A DNA stretch of 32,000 nucleotides from Chlamydiales bacterium (GCA_965261025.1 OZ253438.1:540001-572000), one strand, 5' to 3'. Positions 7,167 through 16,917 are shown, numbered from the stretch's first letter. Program-made: numbers and translations. Notes: generated from the sequence alone by a model not told the origin.

Positions 7167-7754
7167 TTAAGTTTTATGTTCTTCCGCTATTAAAATAGCC
7201 CGTAAAATTTCATAGGTAACAGAAAGCTTGTCATTCACAATTTGATAGTCATAATGAGACGCCATTTTTCTTTCTTTTTCCGCTTTTTTTAATCTTTCTT
7301 TTAGCTCTTCTTCTGTTTGTGCTCCTCTATCTTCTAGCCTTCTTTGTAACTCTTTTACAGAGGGTGGATGTAAAAAAATAAATACCGCCTCCCTTTTCTC
7401 CTTAATTTGAAGGGCTCCCTGGGTATCAATTACCATGATAAGGTGATGTCCTTTTTGCTCTTGTTTTTCTATAAATTTTTTGGAAGAACCGTAATAATTC
7501 CCAAAGATATTTACCCACTCTAAAAACTCTTTTTTTTCCCTCATCTGAAAAAATTCTTCCTGCGAGATAAAAAAATAATCGCTCCCCTCTTTTTCTTCTT
7601 TTCTTGGTTTTCTCGTCGTATAAGAAAGAACTTGCCTTACACAAGAAAACTCCTGTAAAAGCATTCTCACAAGAGTTGTCTTTCCTGTTCCTGCCGGAGC
7701 GCTTATCACAAATAATTTTCCCTTACAGGATTTTCCCAGTAGCTTCTCACTCAT
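7167..7754 (-). CDS. gmk: Guanylate kinase
   Basis: The P-loop ISAPAGTGKTT, the YTTRKPR motif and the DYFFIS motif are present. The start is placed at the internal ATG (MSEKLLGK..), which forms an ATGA overlap with the yicC stop. The ORF-track extension to 7904 runs inside yicC. Confidence 0.9.
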   Translation of the reverse strand: MSEKLLGKSCKGKLFVISAPAGTGKTTLVRMLLQEFSCVRQVLSYTTRKPRKEEKEGSDYFFISQEEFFQMREKKEFLEWVNIFGNYYGSSKKFIEKQEQKGHHLIMVIDTQGALQIKEKREAVFIFLHPPSVKELQRRLEDRGAQTEEELKERLKKAEKERKMASHYDYQIVNDKLSVTYEILRAILIAEEHKT

Positions 7755-8617
7755 TCTATATTCGCTGCTTGTTCTTTGATTTTTTCTATTTCTCCTTTCA
7801 TTTCCACAGAAAAAGCAATGACCTCTGAAGAACAAGACTTGGCACAGATAGTTCCTGCTTCCCGAATCATCTCCTGTACTAAAAAGTTCAGCTTTCTTCC
7901 ACAAAAACTCTCTTTTAAAGTCTTTTTAAATTGCTTTGCATGGGAATGAAGCCTGTGAATCTCTTCCGTAATATCCTTCTTTTCAAAAAAAGAAGCTACT
8001 TCTCGAATCAAAACTAGCTCTTCCCTGCTTTCCCAATGCAAAAAAGAAGCTACCTTTTCCTGAAGATCTTTTTTTTCCTTCTCTAAAAAAAGAGGAGTTT
8101 TTTTTTCTATTTTTCCCAAGTAAAAGAGCATCTTTGCAAGACTTTCTTCTATTTTCTCCTGCAAAAAGTTTCCTTCTTCAAGACGCATTTTTCGGGTCTT
8201 TTCTAGGGCTTTTTCTGTAGCATGCAATAAAAGCGTTTCTACCTTTTTTTGATCCTGCAAAAAAACCTCACTGCCGAGCTCTTTTACTCTATCCCATAAA
8301 AAAGAAAACTCTAAGGGAACTTCATATCCTAAAGATTTTGCTAAATCTTCCCATTCCTTCTTCACTTTTTTAAATAAAGAAATCTGGGGAAGGTGTTTTT
8401 TTTCATTCCACTCTATGCGCAACTTTACACTTACTGACCCTCTATGAAAAAAAGTAGCTATTCGCTTTTTTAAGACCCATTCAAAACAAGAAAACTCTCT
8501 CGGAACTTGAAGATAAACCTCTAAATGGCGGTGATTGACAGACTGTACTTCTACTGTGATCTTCCCCAAGAAAGAAGAGAGCTTATAAAGCCCGAATCCT
8601 GTCATACTATGAATCAT
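7751..8617 (-). CDS. yicC: YicC-family stress-induced protein (putative endoribonuclease)
   Basis: The N-terminus MIHSMTGFG and SVNHRHLEV match the family, as does the C-terminal DITEEIHRLHSH....NFLVQEMIREAGTI..K. The start is placed at ATG 8617 rather than TTG 8641. Confidence 0.85.
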   Translation of the reverse strand: MIHSMTGFGLYKLSSFLGKITVEVQSVNHRHLEVYLQVPREFSCFEWVLKKRIATFFHRGSVSVKLRIEWNEKKHLPQISLFKKVKKEWEDLAKSLGYEVPLEFSFLWDRVKELGSEVFLQDQKKVETLLLHATEKALEKTRKMRLEEGNFLQEKIEESLAKMLFYLGKIEKKTPLFLEKEKKDLQEKVASFLHWESREELVLIREVASFFEKKDITEEIHRLHSHAKQFKKTLKESFCGRKLNFLVQEMIREAGTICAKSCSSEVIAFSVEMKGEIEKIKEQAANIE

Positions 8618-8765
8618 AAAAATCCCTAAAAACGGGTCCAACCAATTTTAAACAAGCGAGTTAAGAGAGTCAAGTGAGATCTTTTAGGTATTGTTAAAAA
8701 ATCTTTCCTAGTACAATCCTTCAGACTATATCAAAAACTTTCTTTCAGTATAGTAGAGAAGCTAT

Positions 8766-9236
8766 ATGCCTTTATTTCATACTCATATAAGATTCAATGT
8801 ACTCTTGGCTCTGCCTTTTTGGCTTCTGCTTTTTGCCTTTTTTTTCCCTATACCTAAGAAATCTCTTTACGCTTTTTCTCTTTCTTTTTTATATGCTTCC
8901 TTTTTTTTTCATCCCGACCTAGATCTTGCCCACAAGACAAAACTTTTTTCTGTGAAAGGGATCCTTACTTTTCCTTTTCGCTCCTATAGCCTTTTTTTTA
9001 GACACCGAGGGATTTCTCATCACCCCCTTCTAGGAACTTTATCGAGGGTAGTTTGGATGATAGGATTCCTAGTTTTGCTACGCTATCTCTTTTTTCAAGG
9101 AAATACCCCTAAAGGCTTCACGTATTTGCTAGAAAAAAAGAAATCATTTCTTCCCTTTATCTTTTTAGGTTTTTTCTCTGCCGACTTGTCCCACATAGGG
9201 CTGGATTTTCTTTTTTCTAAGAAAAAAAGGCGTTAG
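8766..9236 (+). CDS. DUF2227-family membrane metal-binding protein
   Basis: MPLFHTH...HPDLDL....FPFRSYSLFFRHRGISHHPLLGTLSRV matches the remembered DUF2227/COG2389 pattern (H..., PDLD, PY..L.RHRS.LSH.P..GT..R). The hydrophobic segments are consistent with a membrane protein. Confidence 0.7.
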   Translation: MPLFHTHIRFNVLLALPFWLLLFAFFFPIPKKSLYAFSLSFLYASFFFHPDLDLAHKTKLFSVKGILTFPFRSYSLFFRHRGISHHPLLGTLSRVVWMIGFLVLLRYLFFQGNTPKGFTYLLEKKKSFLPFIFLGFFSADLSHIGLDFLFSKKKRR

Positions 9237-9880
9237 GTAAGTTTTTTCATAGGAGCAAAACTTTTCCTATGAAAAGGAGAGGGGCCATATTTTTCTAAAG
9301 CCTCTTTGTGCTTTTTCGTTCCATAGCCCTTGTGCATAGCAAAACCATATTCAGGAAAGGCCCTATGAGCTACCTCTTTCATATACTTATCTCTTTTTAC
9401 TTTAGCAATAATGGAAGCAGCCGCTATAGAAGTCGAAGAAGTATAAAACCCCTTTCCTTTCACTATCTTTTTCATAGGACAATTGAGCTGTAAAAGCTGA
9501 TTTCCATCTACTAAAACAAACGTAGGAGGCTCTTTTAAAGCTTCCACAGCTTTTTTCATAGCAAGTAGCGAAGCTTGTAAAATGTTGATCTTGTCAATAA
9601 TTTCCACACCAATAGAGACAAAACTGTATATGACAGAAGGGTTGTCTGTGATAGCCTGACAAAGGGCCTCTCTAATCTCTTCTGTGAGAGCTTTTGAATC
9701 TTTAAGTCCAGGAAGAGAAAAGTTTGGGGGCAAGATGCAAGCAGCTGCAAAGACAGGACCCGCTAAAGGACCTCTACCTACCTCGTCTACTCCCGCGACA
9801 AGCTCTCCTTGAAAATACAGCTCTTCCTCTATTAACCCCATCCTCTTTTCTGAAGCAGCTTTTTTTAGGGAAAAAGACAA
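9233..9880 (-). CDS. rnhB: Ribonuclease HII
   Basis: VAGVDEVGRGPLAGPV (catalytic DE..GRG), DSK and ASIIAKV..D are present. Its stop overlaps the convergent DUF2227 gene stop (TTAG). Confidence 0.9.
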   Translation of the reverse strand: MSFSLKKAASEKRMGLIEEELYFQGELVAGVDEVGRGPLAGPVFAAACILPPNFSLPGLKDSKALTEEIREALCQAITDNPSVIYSFVSIGVEIIDKINILQASLLAMKKAVEALKEPPTFVLVDGNQLLQLNCPMKKIVKGKGFYTSSTSIAAASIIAKVKRDKYMKEVAHRAFPEYGFAMHKGYGTKKHKEALEKYGPSPFHRKSFAPMKKLT

Positions 9881-9898
9881 AGATCCTCTCTAGGGTTT

Positions 9899-10309
9899 TT
9901 AGTTTGCTTGTCCCTCTTCTACGCTACTTACAGAAGCCTTTGATGAAACCGCTTTTGCCTTTAAAAGCTCTTGCACCCTCGCTTTTTTCCCTGACTGTCC
10001 TCTCAGATAGTACAGTTTGGCTCTCCTTACCTTTCCCCTTTTCTTTACAACAATTTTGGCTATCTTGGGGCTGTGCAAAAGAAACATCTTTTCCATGCTA
10101 GATCCATAGGCTAAACGGTAGACCAAAAAGGTTTCCGAGACACCGGTTCCTCTTTTCCCTATCACAGTTCCACCATAAATCTGGATCCTTTCTTTGTCTC
10201 CCTCTATAATGCGCATATGAACATCTACAGTATCCCCTACATGAAATAAAGGATGCTCTTGCCTTTTTTGCTCTTTTTCCACTTTTTCAATTAAGCTATT
10301 GCGACTCAC
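9899..10309 (-). CDS. rplS: 50S ribosomal protein L19 (with a C-terminal extension)
   Basis: FHVGDTVDVHMRIIEGDKERIQIYGGTVIGKRG.G..ETF.V and HSP.I..I.V..RGKVRRAKLYYLR match L19. Confidence 0.95.
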   Translation of the reverse strand: MSRNSLIEKVEKEQKRQEHPLFHVGDTVDVHMRIIEGDKERIQIYGGTVIGKRGTGVSETFLVYRLAYGSSMEKMFLLHSPKIAKIVVKKRGKVRRAKLYYLRGQSGKKARVQELLKAKAVSSKASVSSVEEGQAN

Positions 10310-11016
10310 GATAATTTCTCCTTTCCCTCAACAACAAAATCCTTTTTTTGCCAAAGGGCTCCTCTGTTTTGATAACTTTTTTCTAATGCTTTCTCTCTTC
10401 GATATTTTTCTATTTCCTGGTGGTTTCCAGAAACAAGCACCTCAGGAACGGCTTCCCCCCGGAAGATAAAAGGCCTTGTAAACTGCGGCCCCTCAAATAT
10501 TTCCCTTTTTTCAAAAGAATCCTGTTTTGCTGATTCCTCATTGCCTAACACTTTTGGGATAAACCGAATGATACTATCCAAAATAACAATGGCTGCTACA
10601 CATCCATTGGTTAAAACATAATCCCCAATACTAATCTCCTCGTCTATCTCCTGGTGTATTACCCTCTCATCAATACCCTCATAGTGACCACACACCAAAA
10701 CCAAATGTTTTTTCTCCGCAAGCCTTCTACACATTTTATGGTCCAAAAGTTTTCCTTGAGGAGAGAGATAAACTACATAAGCATCCCGATCCCTTACAGA
10801 TTCAATTGCCTCCACCAAAGGTCCCGCTGATAAAACCATCCCAGGCCCCCCTCCATAAGGACGATCATCTACTTGCTGATGCCTTCCCTTAGCAAAATCC
10901 CTTATATTCGTAAGAGAAATAGAAATAAGATCCCTTTCTAAAGCCCTCCTTACTATACTTGTAGAGAAAGGACCCTGAAAATACTCCGGAAAAAGAGAAA
11001 GAATATCAAAGTGCAT
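10306..11016 (-). CDS. trmD: tRNA (guanine37-N1)-methyltransferase
   Basis: MHFDILSLFPEYF, VDDRPYGGGPGMV, CGHYEGIDERV, SIGDYVLTNG and LSGNH..I..YR are present. There is a 4-nt overlap with rplS. Confidence 0.95.
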   Translation of the reverse strand: MHFDILSLFPEYFQGPFSTSIVRRALERDLISISLTNIRDFAKGRHQQVDDRPYGGGPGMVLSAGPLVEAIESVRDRDAYVVYLSPQGKLLDHKMCRRLAEKKHLVLVCGHYEGIDERVIHQEIDEEISIGDYVLTNGCVAAIVILDSIIRFIPKVLGNEESAKQDSFEKREIFEGPQFTRPFIFRGEAVPEVLVSGNHQEIEKYRREKALEKSYQNRGALWQKKDFVVEGKEKLS

Positions 11017-11025
11017 CCCTAAAAT

Positions 11026-11343
11026 TTATTCCTTATCAGTCGTCTTACCCTTTTTTTTCTCCGAAGATTTATCCTTCTTCTTTGCTTTTTTTTCTAAAGC
11101 CTGAGGAGCAAGTCTTTTTACCAGAGCTCTGGCCCTCTCGCTTATCTCAGCTCCTTGCTCAAGCCAAAAAAACACTCTTTCTTGGTTTACACAAGCTTGC
11201 TTTTCCCCTTCTTGAAAAGGGTCATACCAGCCTAACTTTTCTATATATTTCCCATCTCTTGGATTCCTTTTTTCCGTGAGGACCAACCGATAGGTTTGCT
11301 TGTTTTTTGCTCCTTGCTGTCTTAAACGTATCACTAACGCCAT
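11026..11343 (-). CDS. rpsP: 30S ribosomal protein S16 (Lys-rich C-terminal tail)
   Basis: MALVIRLRQQGAKNKQTYRLV...RNPRDGKYIEKLGWYDP matches S16. Its start overlaps the ffh 3' end by 10 nt. Confidence 0.95.
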   Translation of the reverse strand: MALVIRLRQQGAKNKQTYRLVLTEKRNPRDGKYIEKLGWYDPFQEGEKQACVNQERVFFWLEQGAEISERARALVKRLAPQALEKKAKKKDKSSEKKKGKTTDKE

Positions 11344-12683
11344 TTTATGTTCCCCATAGGGTTAAAAGATTGTACATCGGGTCCGTTCTTTCCCATTTTC
11401 GGCATTTTTTTCATCATCTTCTTTGCTTTCTCAAACTTTTTTATGAGCTGATCTACCTTTTCCATTTTTACTCCTGCCCCCAAAGCAATTCTCTTTCTTC
11501 GGTGAAAATGAAGCTCTACCCTCTCCTCTCTTTCCTCTGGAGTCATAGAAAAGATCATAGCTTCCATCGATTTTAAATCCGCCTCAGAAGCAGAAAAATC
11601 CTTAACCATCTCAGAAGCCCCTGGAACCATCTTGAGAAGATTCGATAAAGAGCCCATATTCTTCATACGAGAAATCTGTTCCAAATAATCTTTAAAATTG
11701 AAAGAAGACTTTCTTGCTTTCTGCTCTATTTTTTCTCTCTCTTGCTCTGAAAAATTCTCCTCTGCTTTTCTTACCAAGTTAATTACATCACCCATTCCTA
11801 AAATTCGATCTGCCATAGAGCGAGGATGAAAAAGCTGAAAGTCCACTACCTTTTCTCCTACTCCTTCAAATTTCAAAGGTTTTTGGGTTACTTCTTGTAT
11901 AGAAATAGCAGCTCCAGCCCTTGCATCACCGTCTAACATCGTCAAAATAGAGCCTGTGACCCCTATCTTTTGGTCAAATTCTACAACACTACGAAGTACA
12001 TCTTGCCCTTGAGTTGCATTAGCTACAAATAAGACCTCTGAAGGGTCCAAAGCTTGTCTCATCTTCTCGAGCTCTTCCATCAAATTCTGATCTATGTGAA
12101 GCCTTCCTGCCGTATCCACTATTAAAACCTCAAAACCCTCTCTTCGAGCCTTTTCTACAGCTGCTAAAGCAACTTGGAGAGGCTTTTTTGTTTTTTCTTC
12201 CGAAGAAAAAACTTCCACAGCAGCTTGCTCTCCTAATACTTTAAGCTGCTCTACCGCAGCAGGTCTTTGTAAATCGCAGGCAGCAACCAATGTTTTCTTC
12301 TTTAAAACATTTTGTAAATAGTAAGCCAGCTTCACAGAAGAAGTAGTCTTTCCCGAACCCTGAAGGCCTACCAAAAAAAATACGGAAGGATTCCCCTTAA
12401 AACTTAGAGAAGCTTCTTCTTTTCCCATCAGCTCTACCAGTTCGTCGTGAACAATTTTTATAAATTGTTCCGTAGGTTTTACAGATTTTATCAGTTTCTG
12501 CCCAATAGCCTTCTCTTTAATTCTTTGCACTAGCTTAGAAGCCACTGAATAATTTACATCTGCATCCAAAAGAGCTAAACGAACTTTTCTGGTAACATCT
12601 ACTAAAGCCGCTTCATTTAACTCCTTTGTTTTAGAAAAGAGGGAAACTACTTTTTTTAATTTCTCTGTTAAACCATCGAACAT
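11334..12683 (-). CDS. ffh: Signal recognition particle protein Ffh
   Basis: GLQGSGKTT, DTAGR and TMLDGDARAG are present. The methionine-rich M domain includes LGMGD. Confidence 0.95.
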   Translation of the reverse strand: MFDGLTEKLKKVVSLFSKTKELNEAALVDVTRKVRLALLDADVNYSVASKLVQRIKEKAIGQKLIKSVKPTEQFIKIVHDELVELMGKEEASLSFKGNPSVFFLVGLQGSGKTTSSVKLAYYLQNVLKKKTLVAACDLQRPAAVEQLKVLGEQAAVEVFSSEEKTKKPLQVALAAVEKARREGFEVLIVDTAGRLHIDQNLMEELEKMRQALDPSEVLFVANATQGQDVLRSVVEFDQKIGVTGSILTMLDGDARAGAAISIQEVTQKPLKFEGVGEKVVDFQLFHPRSMADRILGMGDVINLVRKAEENFSEQEREKIEQKARKSSFNFKDYLEQISRMKNMGSLSNLLKMVPGASEMVKDFSASEADLKSMEAMIFSMTPEEREERVELHFHRRKRIALGAGVKMEKVDQLIKKFEKAKKMMKKMPKMGKNGPDVQSFNPMGNIKWR

Positions 12684-12729
12684 AAAAGCTTTCTATTGAC
12701 AATAGCTGTAAACAGATTACTCTAGAAAA

Positions 12730-13575
12730 TCATTCTATTTCAAGAAAAAAGAAACGATCCTTTCCGCTCCAGTCGCGAAGAATTTCTTTGTTTTTCCAAA
12801 AAGAGTCAGAAAAAATTTGAAAAACCTTCTCTCCCTGCCTTTCTCCTATTTCTAAGGCAATCTTCGCCCCGCGATTTAAAAAAAGAGGAAGCTCTTCTTC
12901 TATTCTTCTATAAAACTCTTCTCCCGTTTTTCCTGAGACCAAAGCCTCTTTGGGTTCATGAAGACGAACTTGAGGGTCTAAATACCTATACTCTTTTTCT
13001 GAGATATAAGGGGGGTTTGCTACGAAGAAATCCACCTTGTCCTCCTTAGAAAAATTCTCTAAAAAATCCCCTCTTTTAAAAGAAACTTTTACCTTATTTT
13101 TCTCTCCATTTTCTTTTGCTAAAAAAAGCGCCTTTTCACTGATGTCAGACAAGGTCACTTTTAACTGAGGAAAATTTTTCTTAAAAGAAAGCCCTATTAC
13201 CCCCGTTCCACAAAAAATGTCCCAAAACTCTCCTCCTAAAGCAAGCTTTTCTTTCCATTTTTTCCTAGCAAGATCTACTAAAATTTCTGTCTCTTGCCTA
13301 GGTAAAAGAGCCTCACGACCTACTTTATATTTAAGACCATAAAACTCTATTTCTTCAAAAAGATATCCCAGGGGAGTTCCTTCCGCTCTTTTTTTGGCTA
13401 AATCTACAAGCCTTTTTTTCGCCAAAAAAGGCTTTTTCCACTCCAGGTAAATATCCAGTTTTTTTACCCCTAAAACAAAAGAAAGAATCTCCTCCGCACT
13501 CCGTTTTGGATGCTCTATTTTTTTTTCTGTAAAGAAGGTAACTAAAAAAAGAAAAGCCTCTTCTACCGTGTTCAT
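12730..13575 (-). CDS. prmC: Release factor glutamine N5-methyltransferase (HemK/PrmC)
   Basis: The SAM-binding motif [10 protein letters not shown] and the catalytic motif VANPPYI are present. It has a 4-nt overlap with prfA, giving the classic prfA-prmC arrangement. Confidence 0.9.
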   Translation of the reverse strand: MNTVEEAFLFLVTFFTEKKIEHPKRSAEEILSFVLGVKKLDIYLEWKKPFLAKKRLVDLAKKRAEGTPLGYLFEEIEFYGLKYKVGREALLPRQETEILVDLARKKWKEKLALGGEFWDIFCGTGVIGLSFKKNFPQLKVTLSDISEKALFLAKENGEKNKVKVSFKRGDFLENFSKEDKVDFFVANPPYISEKEYRYLDPQVRLHEPKEALVSGKTGEEFYRRIEEELPLFLNRGAKIALEIGERQGEKVFQIFSDSFWKNKEILRDWSGKDRFFFLEIE

Positions 13576-14636
13576 AAGGCTAGCTTTTCTTGATGAAAAA
13601 AAGAAACCAAGGCTCTAGTTATTTCAGAAAGATCCCCTTCCATTACTTTATCTAAACTATAAAGAGTGAGTTGAATACGGTGATCGGTTACCCTGTTTTG
13701 AGAGAAATTATAGGTCCGAATCCTTTCAGAGCGGTCTCCTGTTCCTACTTGAGAAGAACGAAGCTCTGAAAGCTGTTTTTGTTGCTTTTTCCTTTCCGTT
13801 TCTAAAATTTTTGCTTTTAAAAGACGCATTGCTTTATCTCGGTTTTTATGCTGAGATCTTTCTTGCTGACAACTTACCACGGTATTAGTAGGAATGTGGG
13901 TAATTCTTACAGCAGAATCTGTTGTATTTACATGCTGCCCTCCCGCTCCCGAAGCACGGTATGTCTCAATACGAAGATCCGCTTCCTTAATTTCTAACTT
14001 CTCTTCTTCAGAAGCCTCAGGTAAGACAGCTACTGTAATCGCAGAAGTGTGAACCCTACCCTGAGACTCCGTTTCAGGAACTCTTTGAACCCTGTGAGTC
14101 CCTGCTTCATACTGCATGAAACGAAAAACATTCTTCCCACTAATTGCTAAAACGTACTCTTTAAAACCACCTTGCCCTGATTCAGTAGCAGAAAGAGACT
14201 CAACTTCCCATTTATTCCTCACTGCATAGTTTTTGTACATACGAATGCAGTCTGCTACAAATAAACTAGCCTCTTCTCCTCCTGTCCCAGCCCGAAGTTC
14301 TAAAATTACATTACAGTTATCTCTTGGATCAGGCGGAACTAATAAAAGCTCTAGTTCTTGGGAAAGCTTCTTCAATTCTTCTTCTCTTAAAGAAATCTCT
14401 TCCTGAAGAAATTGCACCATCTCCTCTTCCTTTTCTAGGCGGAGAAGTTCTTGAGAGTCCCTACAGTCCCGCTCAAGCTGAAGTTTTTTTTCAAAAACCT
14501 GCTTTACTTCAAGTAAGTAAGAATATTCTTGGGAAAGCTTTTTATATAATTTTGAGTCAGACAAAGCCTCTGGACTGCTAATCTCTTTTTCTACCTGCTG
14601 GTATCGCTTGAGAAGCTTTGCGATTTTCCTTTCCAT
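13572..14636 (-). CDS. prfA: Peptide chain release factor 1
   Basis: The GGQ motif ([16 protein letters not shown]) is present. The RF1-type tripeptide region reads [17 protein letters not shown]. Confidence 0.95.
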   Translation of the reverse strand: MERKIAKLLKRYQQVEKEISSPEALSDSKLYKKLSQEYSYLLEVKQVFEKKLQLERDCRDSQELLRLEKEEEMVQFLQEEISLREEELKKLSQELELLLVPPDPRDNCNVILELRAGTGGEEASLFVADCIRMYKNYAVRNKWEVESLSATESGQGGFKEYVLAISGKNVFRFMQYEAGTHRVQRVPETESQGRVHTSAITVAVLPEASEEEKLEIKEADLRIETYRASGAGGQHVNTTDSAVRITHIPTNTVVSCQQERSQHKNRDKAMRLLKAKILETERKKQQKQLSELRSSQVGTGDRSERIRTYNFSQNRVTDHRIQLTLYSLDKVMEGDLSEITRALVSFFHQEKLAL

Positions 14637-14645
14637 GAAGAAAAA

Positions 14646-14975
14646 CTACTTTTTTCTCTTCTTAGCCTTAGCAGCTTCTATTTTCTTCTTTTCTTCTTCC
14701 TGTTTTTCCTGCTCCGAAGAAATCGCTTCCTGTTTTCTTTTATACCGCTTGGTAAACTTATCTACCCTTCCTTCAGAGTCAACAAATTGCTTACTTCCCG
14801 TAAAGAAAGGATGAGAGGCAGAAGATATAGAAACCCTACAAACGGGGTATTCTTTTCCCTCAAATACTTCCTTTTCTTTGGAAGATAAAGTGGATCCAAT
14901 AACAAATTTAGTACCATTGGAGGAATCTATAAACAAAACGTCTTGATAAAATGGATGCGTATTTTTCTTTTTCAT
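14646..14975 (-). CDS. rpmE2: 50S ribosomal protein L31, type B (non-zinc), with a long Lys/Glu-rich C-terminal tail
   Basis: [15 protein letters not shown]...G..F....T and [10 protein letters not shown] match L31. The CxxC zinc motif is absent, which indicates type B. The start is placed at ATG 14975 rather than TTG 15005. Confidence 0.85.
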   Translation of the reverse strand: MKKKNTHPFYQDVLFIDSSNGTKFVIGSTLSSKEKEVFEGKEYPVCRVSISSASHPFFTGSKQFVDSEGRVDKFTKRYKRKQEAISSEQEKQEEEKKKIEAAKAKKRKK

Positions 14976-15168
14976 ATGACCTTTTAAGAAGCTTTTACGG
15001 GGCAAGTGTATCCCTTTTTGGATAAAAACTTCAAGAAATTCTAACTTTCCCTTCGAAAGCTCCCAGAATAAAGAAAGGCTTAAAGACCCTCTTTTTACCC
15101 TACCTAGGCAGAGCTTATTTCTACCTATTAAGGTAGACTACAAAACTCTTTTTTGTTATTATTCCTCC

Positions 15169-15927
15169 ATGATTTTCAAAAAAATTTTACGCTCTTTTTT
15201 CGCAAATACCACTAGACCTTTACAAGTCTTTTTAGGGCTTCTTCTCCTTTTTTCTGGGGGGTACCTTTTTTTTGAAATGTTCTTTTCCCCTTTTGCTCAA
15301 AAGACCCTCTACCCTCTTTTTGCTTTCTCTTATAAAGGTCTTAAGGAGCAAAAATGGTGGCAATTCCTTACTTTTTTTTGGATTGATTCACCAGAAAAAA
15401 ATATTTCCTTTGGATTTCTTTTTTCCTTCTTTATGAAATTTTACGTTCTTCGATTCGTGGCTATTTCTATTACGCAGATAAAAGGGTTTTTTTCCTTCTG
15501 CATCCTCTATGTTTTCAGTGCCTTAGCAGGCCTTCTCTTTCTTCTACCTATTTTACCTTTTTCCCTTTCTTTCACAGGCTTTGTGGGACCTATTTATGCA
15601 ATAGCTCTTGCCTGGATCATGCTTCATTGTAACAGTCGTTTTTTTCTGTTTTTCCGAGTCCCCTTCAAAGCAGTTTCTGTTTTTGGCTGGGTCTTTTTTT
15701 CTAGTCTGATCCTTGATTTTTTCGACGAGAAATATCTAGAAATTTTGTTCTATACAGGGTGCACCCTTTTTGGTTATCTCTATGCCTTGCTAAAATGGGG
15801 TTGCCTAGGCCCTTTTCCAAGGATGCACAAATGGGAAAAAAAGATCCTTTCATACACCTATTTCCTAAGAAAACGGAAAAGTAAATGCCAAATTTACGAT
15901 ATAGGATCTTCTGGGGGAAACTCTTAG
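15169..15927 (+). CDS. Polytopic membrane protein, rhomboid-like but apparently lacking the catalytic Ser/His
   Basis: WWQFLTFFW aligns with rhomboid WR..T..F.H. TGFVGPIYAIA aligns with GGLSGVVYALM, with Val at the catalytic Ser position. FYTGCTLFGYLYA aligns with AHIAGLAVGLAMA, with Tyr at the His position. There are about 6 hydrophobic segments. Confidence 0.45.
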   Translation: MIFKKILRSFFANTTRPLQVFLGLLLLFSGGYLFFEMFFSPFAQKTLYPLFAFSYKGLKEQKWWQFLTFFWIDSPEKNISFGFLFSFFMKFYVLRFVAISITQIKGFFSFCILYVFSALAGLLFLLPILPFSLSFTGFVGPIYAIALAWIMLHCNSRFFLFFRVPFKAVSVFGWVFFSSLILDFFDEKYLEILFYTGCTLFGYLYALLKWGCLGPFPRMHKWEKKILSYTYFLRKRKSKCQIYDIGSSGGNS

Positions 15928-16430
15928 AAAGATTTAGAGGAATAAGGCTTTTCTTTCCTTCTTCGAAGAAAAAATTCTTTCATCAAAAGAGCACTTTCCT
16001 CCTTTAAGATCCCTTTTGTTACCTCCATCTTCCACATCGGATGCTTTAAGGAGAAGAAATCAAAGAAGCTCCCATTAGCTCCTAAACGAAGATCTGGAGC
16101 TCCCCAAACAAGCCTTTTTATCCTACAAGAAAACATAGCTCCAGCACACATAGCACATGGCTCCAAAGTAGAATAAAGGGTAGCTGTTTCATAACGCCAA
16201 TTTTGTAAAACACCACTTGCCGAACAAAGACAGAGCATCTCTGCATGGGCTGTAGCATCTTGTAAAAGCTCTACCTGATTACACCCTCTAGCTACCACCT
16301 TTTCTTTCACCACCAGTATAGCCCCTACCGGCACCTCTTCCTGAGAAAAGGCTCTTTTTGCCTCTTTCAAAGCAAGCCTCATGAAGTAGGTGTCTTTTTC
16401 TTTTTGTAAAAGATTTTTTTGAACTTCCAA
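15924..16430 (-). CDS. tadA: tRNA-specific adenosine deaminase (CDA-fold)
   Basis: The zinc ligand motifs HAEM and PCAMCAGA are present. The N-terminal FMRLALKEAKRA....VPVGAILV is typical of TadA. The annotated start is a TTG, so the exact start is uncertain. Confidence 0.85.
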   Translation of the reverse strand: MEVQKNLLQKEKDTYFMRLALKEAKRAFSQEEVPVGAILVVKEKVVARGCNQVELLQDATAHAEMLCLCSASGVLQNWRYETATLYSTLEPCAMCAGAMFSCRIKRLVWGAPDLRLGANGSFFDFFSLKHPMWKMEVTKGILKEESALLMKEFFLRRRKEKPYSSKSF

Positions 16431-16540
16431 ACTCCTCTCCCCATCTAGAACAACCCTATTTTAGGAAGTCTTCTCAGAAAAATCTAGTTACTTAAGGAGA
16501 ATAAGGTTTTTTTTAAGTCTCTATGAGTAAGGATTCTTGC

Positions 16541-16569
16541 TTGATCTATAAAGGCTTTTCTAGTACAAT
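16541..16569 (+). promoter_or_regulatory. Candidate sigma-70-type promoter of rpsO-pnp
   Basis: TTGATC (16541-16546), a 17-nt spacer, then TACAAT (16564-16569). It lies about 30 nt upstream of the rpsO start. Confidence 0.45.
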
Positions 16570-16602
16570 CGAGCTTTTAGGAAATTAAAGGAGATGCCTC
16601 CA

Positions 16603-16872
16603 ATGTCTTTAGATAAGGGAACCAAAGAAGAGATTACGAAAAAATTTCAGCTACATGAAAAAGATACAGGCTCTGCAGATGTTCAAATCGCTATTTTAAC
16701 TGAAAGGATCCTAGAACTTACGGAACATTTGAAACTTTCTCCTAAAGACCAAGCCTCTAGACTGGCACTTTTAAAGCTAGTGGGGCAAAGAAGAAAACTC
16801 TTAGATTATCTAAATTCCACAGACACAAAAAGATATCAAACTTTATTAACCCGTTTAAACTTACGTAAATAA
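16603..16872 (+). CDS. rpsO: 30S ribosomal protein S15
   Basis: [40 protein letters not shown]....[17 protein letters not shown] matches S15. The AAAGGAG SD sits 9 nt before ATG 16603 but directly abuts ATG 16594, so the shorter form is preferred. Confidence 0.95.
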   Translation: MSLDKGTKEEITKKFQLHEKDTGSADVQIAILTERILELTEHLKLSPKDQASRLALLKLVGQRRKLLDYLNSTDTKRYQTLLTRLNLRK

Positions 16873-16917
16873 ATTTATATCAAACTTTTATCAAAAAAAC
16901 CTTTAAAAGATAGAGAA

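Noticed and set aside
7755-7904. N-terminal 50-aa extension of the gmk ORF
   Set aside because: The extension lies entirely inside the yicC coding frame and is Cys/Arg-rich junk-like sequence. The internal ATG gives a canonical Gmk N-terminus and an ATGA overlap with the yicC stop.
12693-12705. Palindrome CTATTG-A-CAATAG 10 nt upstream of the ffh start
   Set aside because: It is short (6-bp arms), AT-rich and expected by chance at this composition. There are no repeats of it elsewhere in the window.
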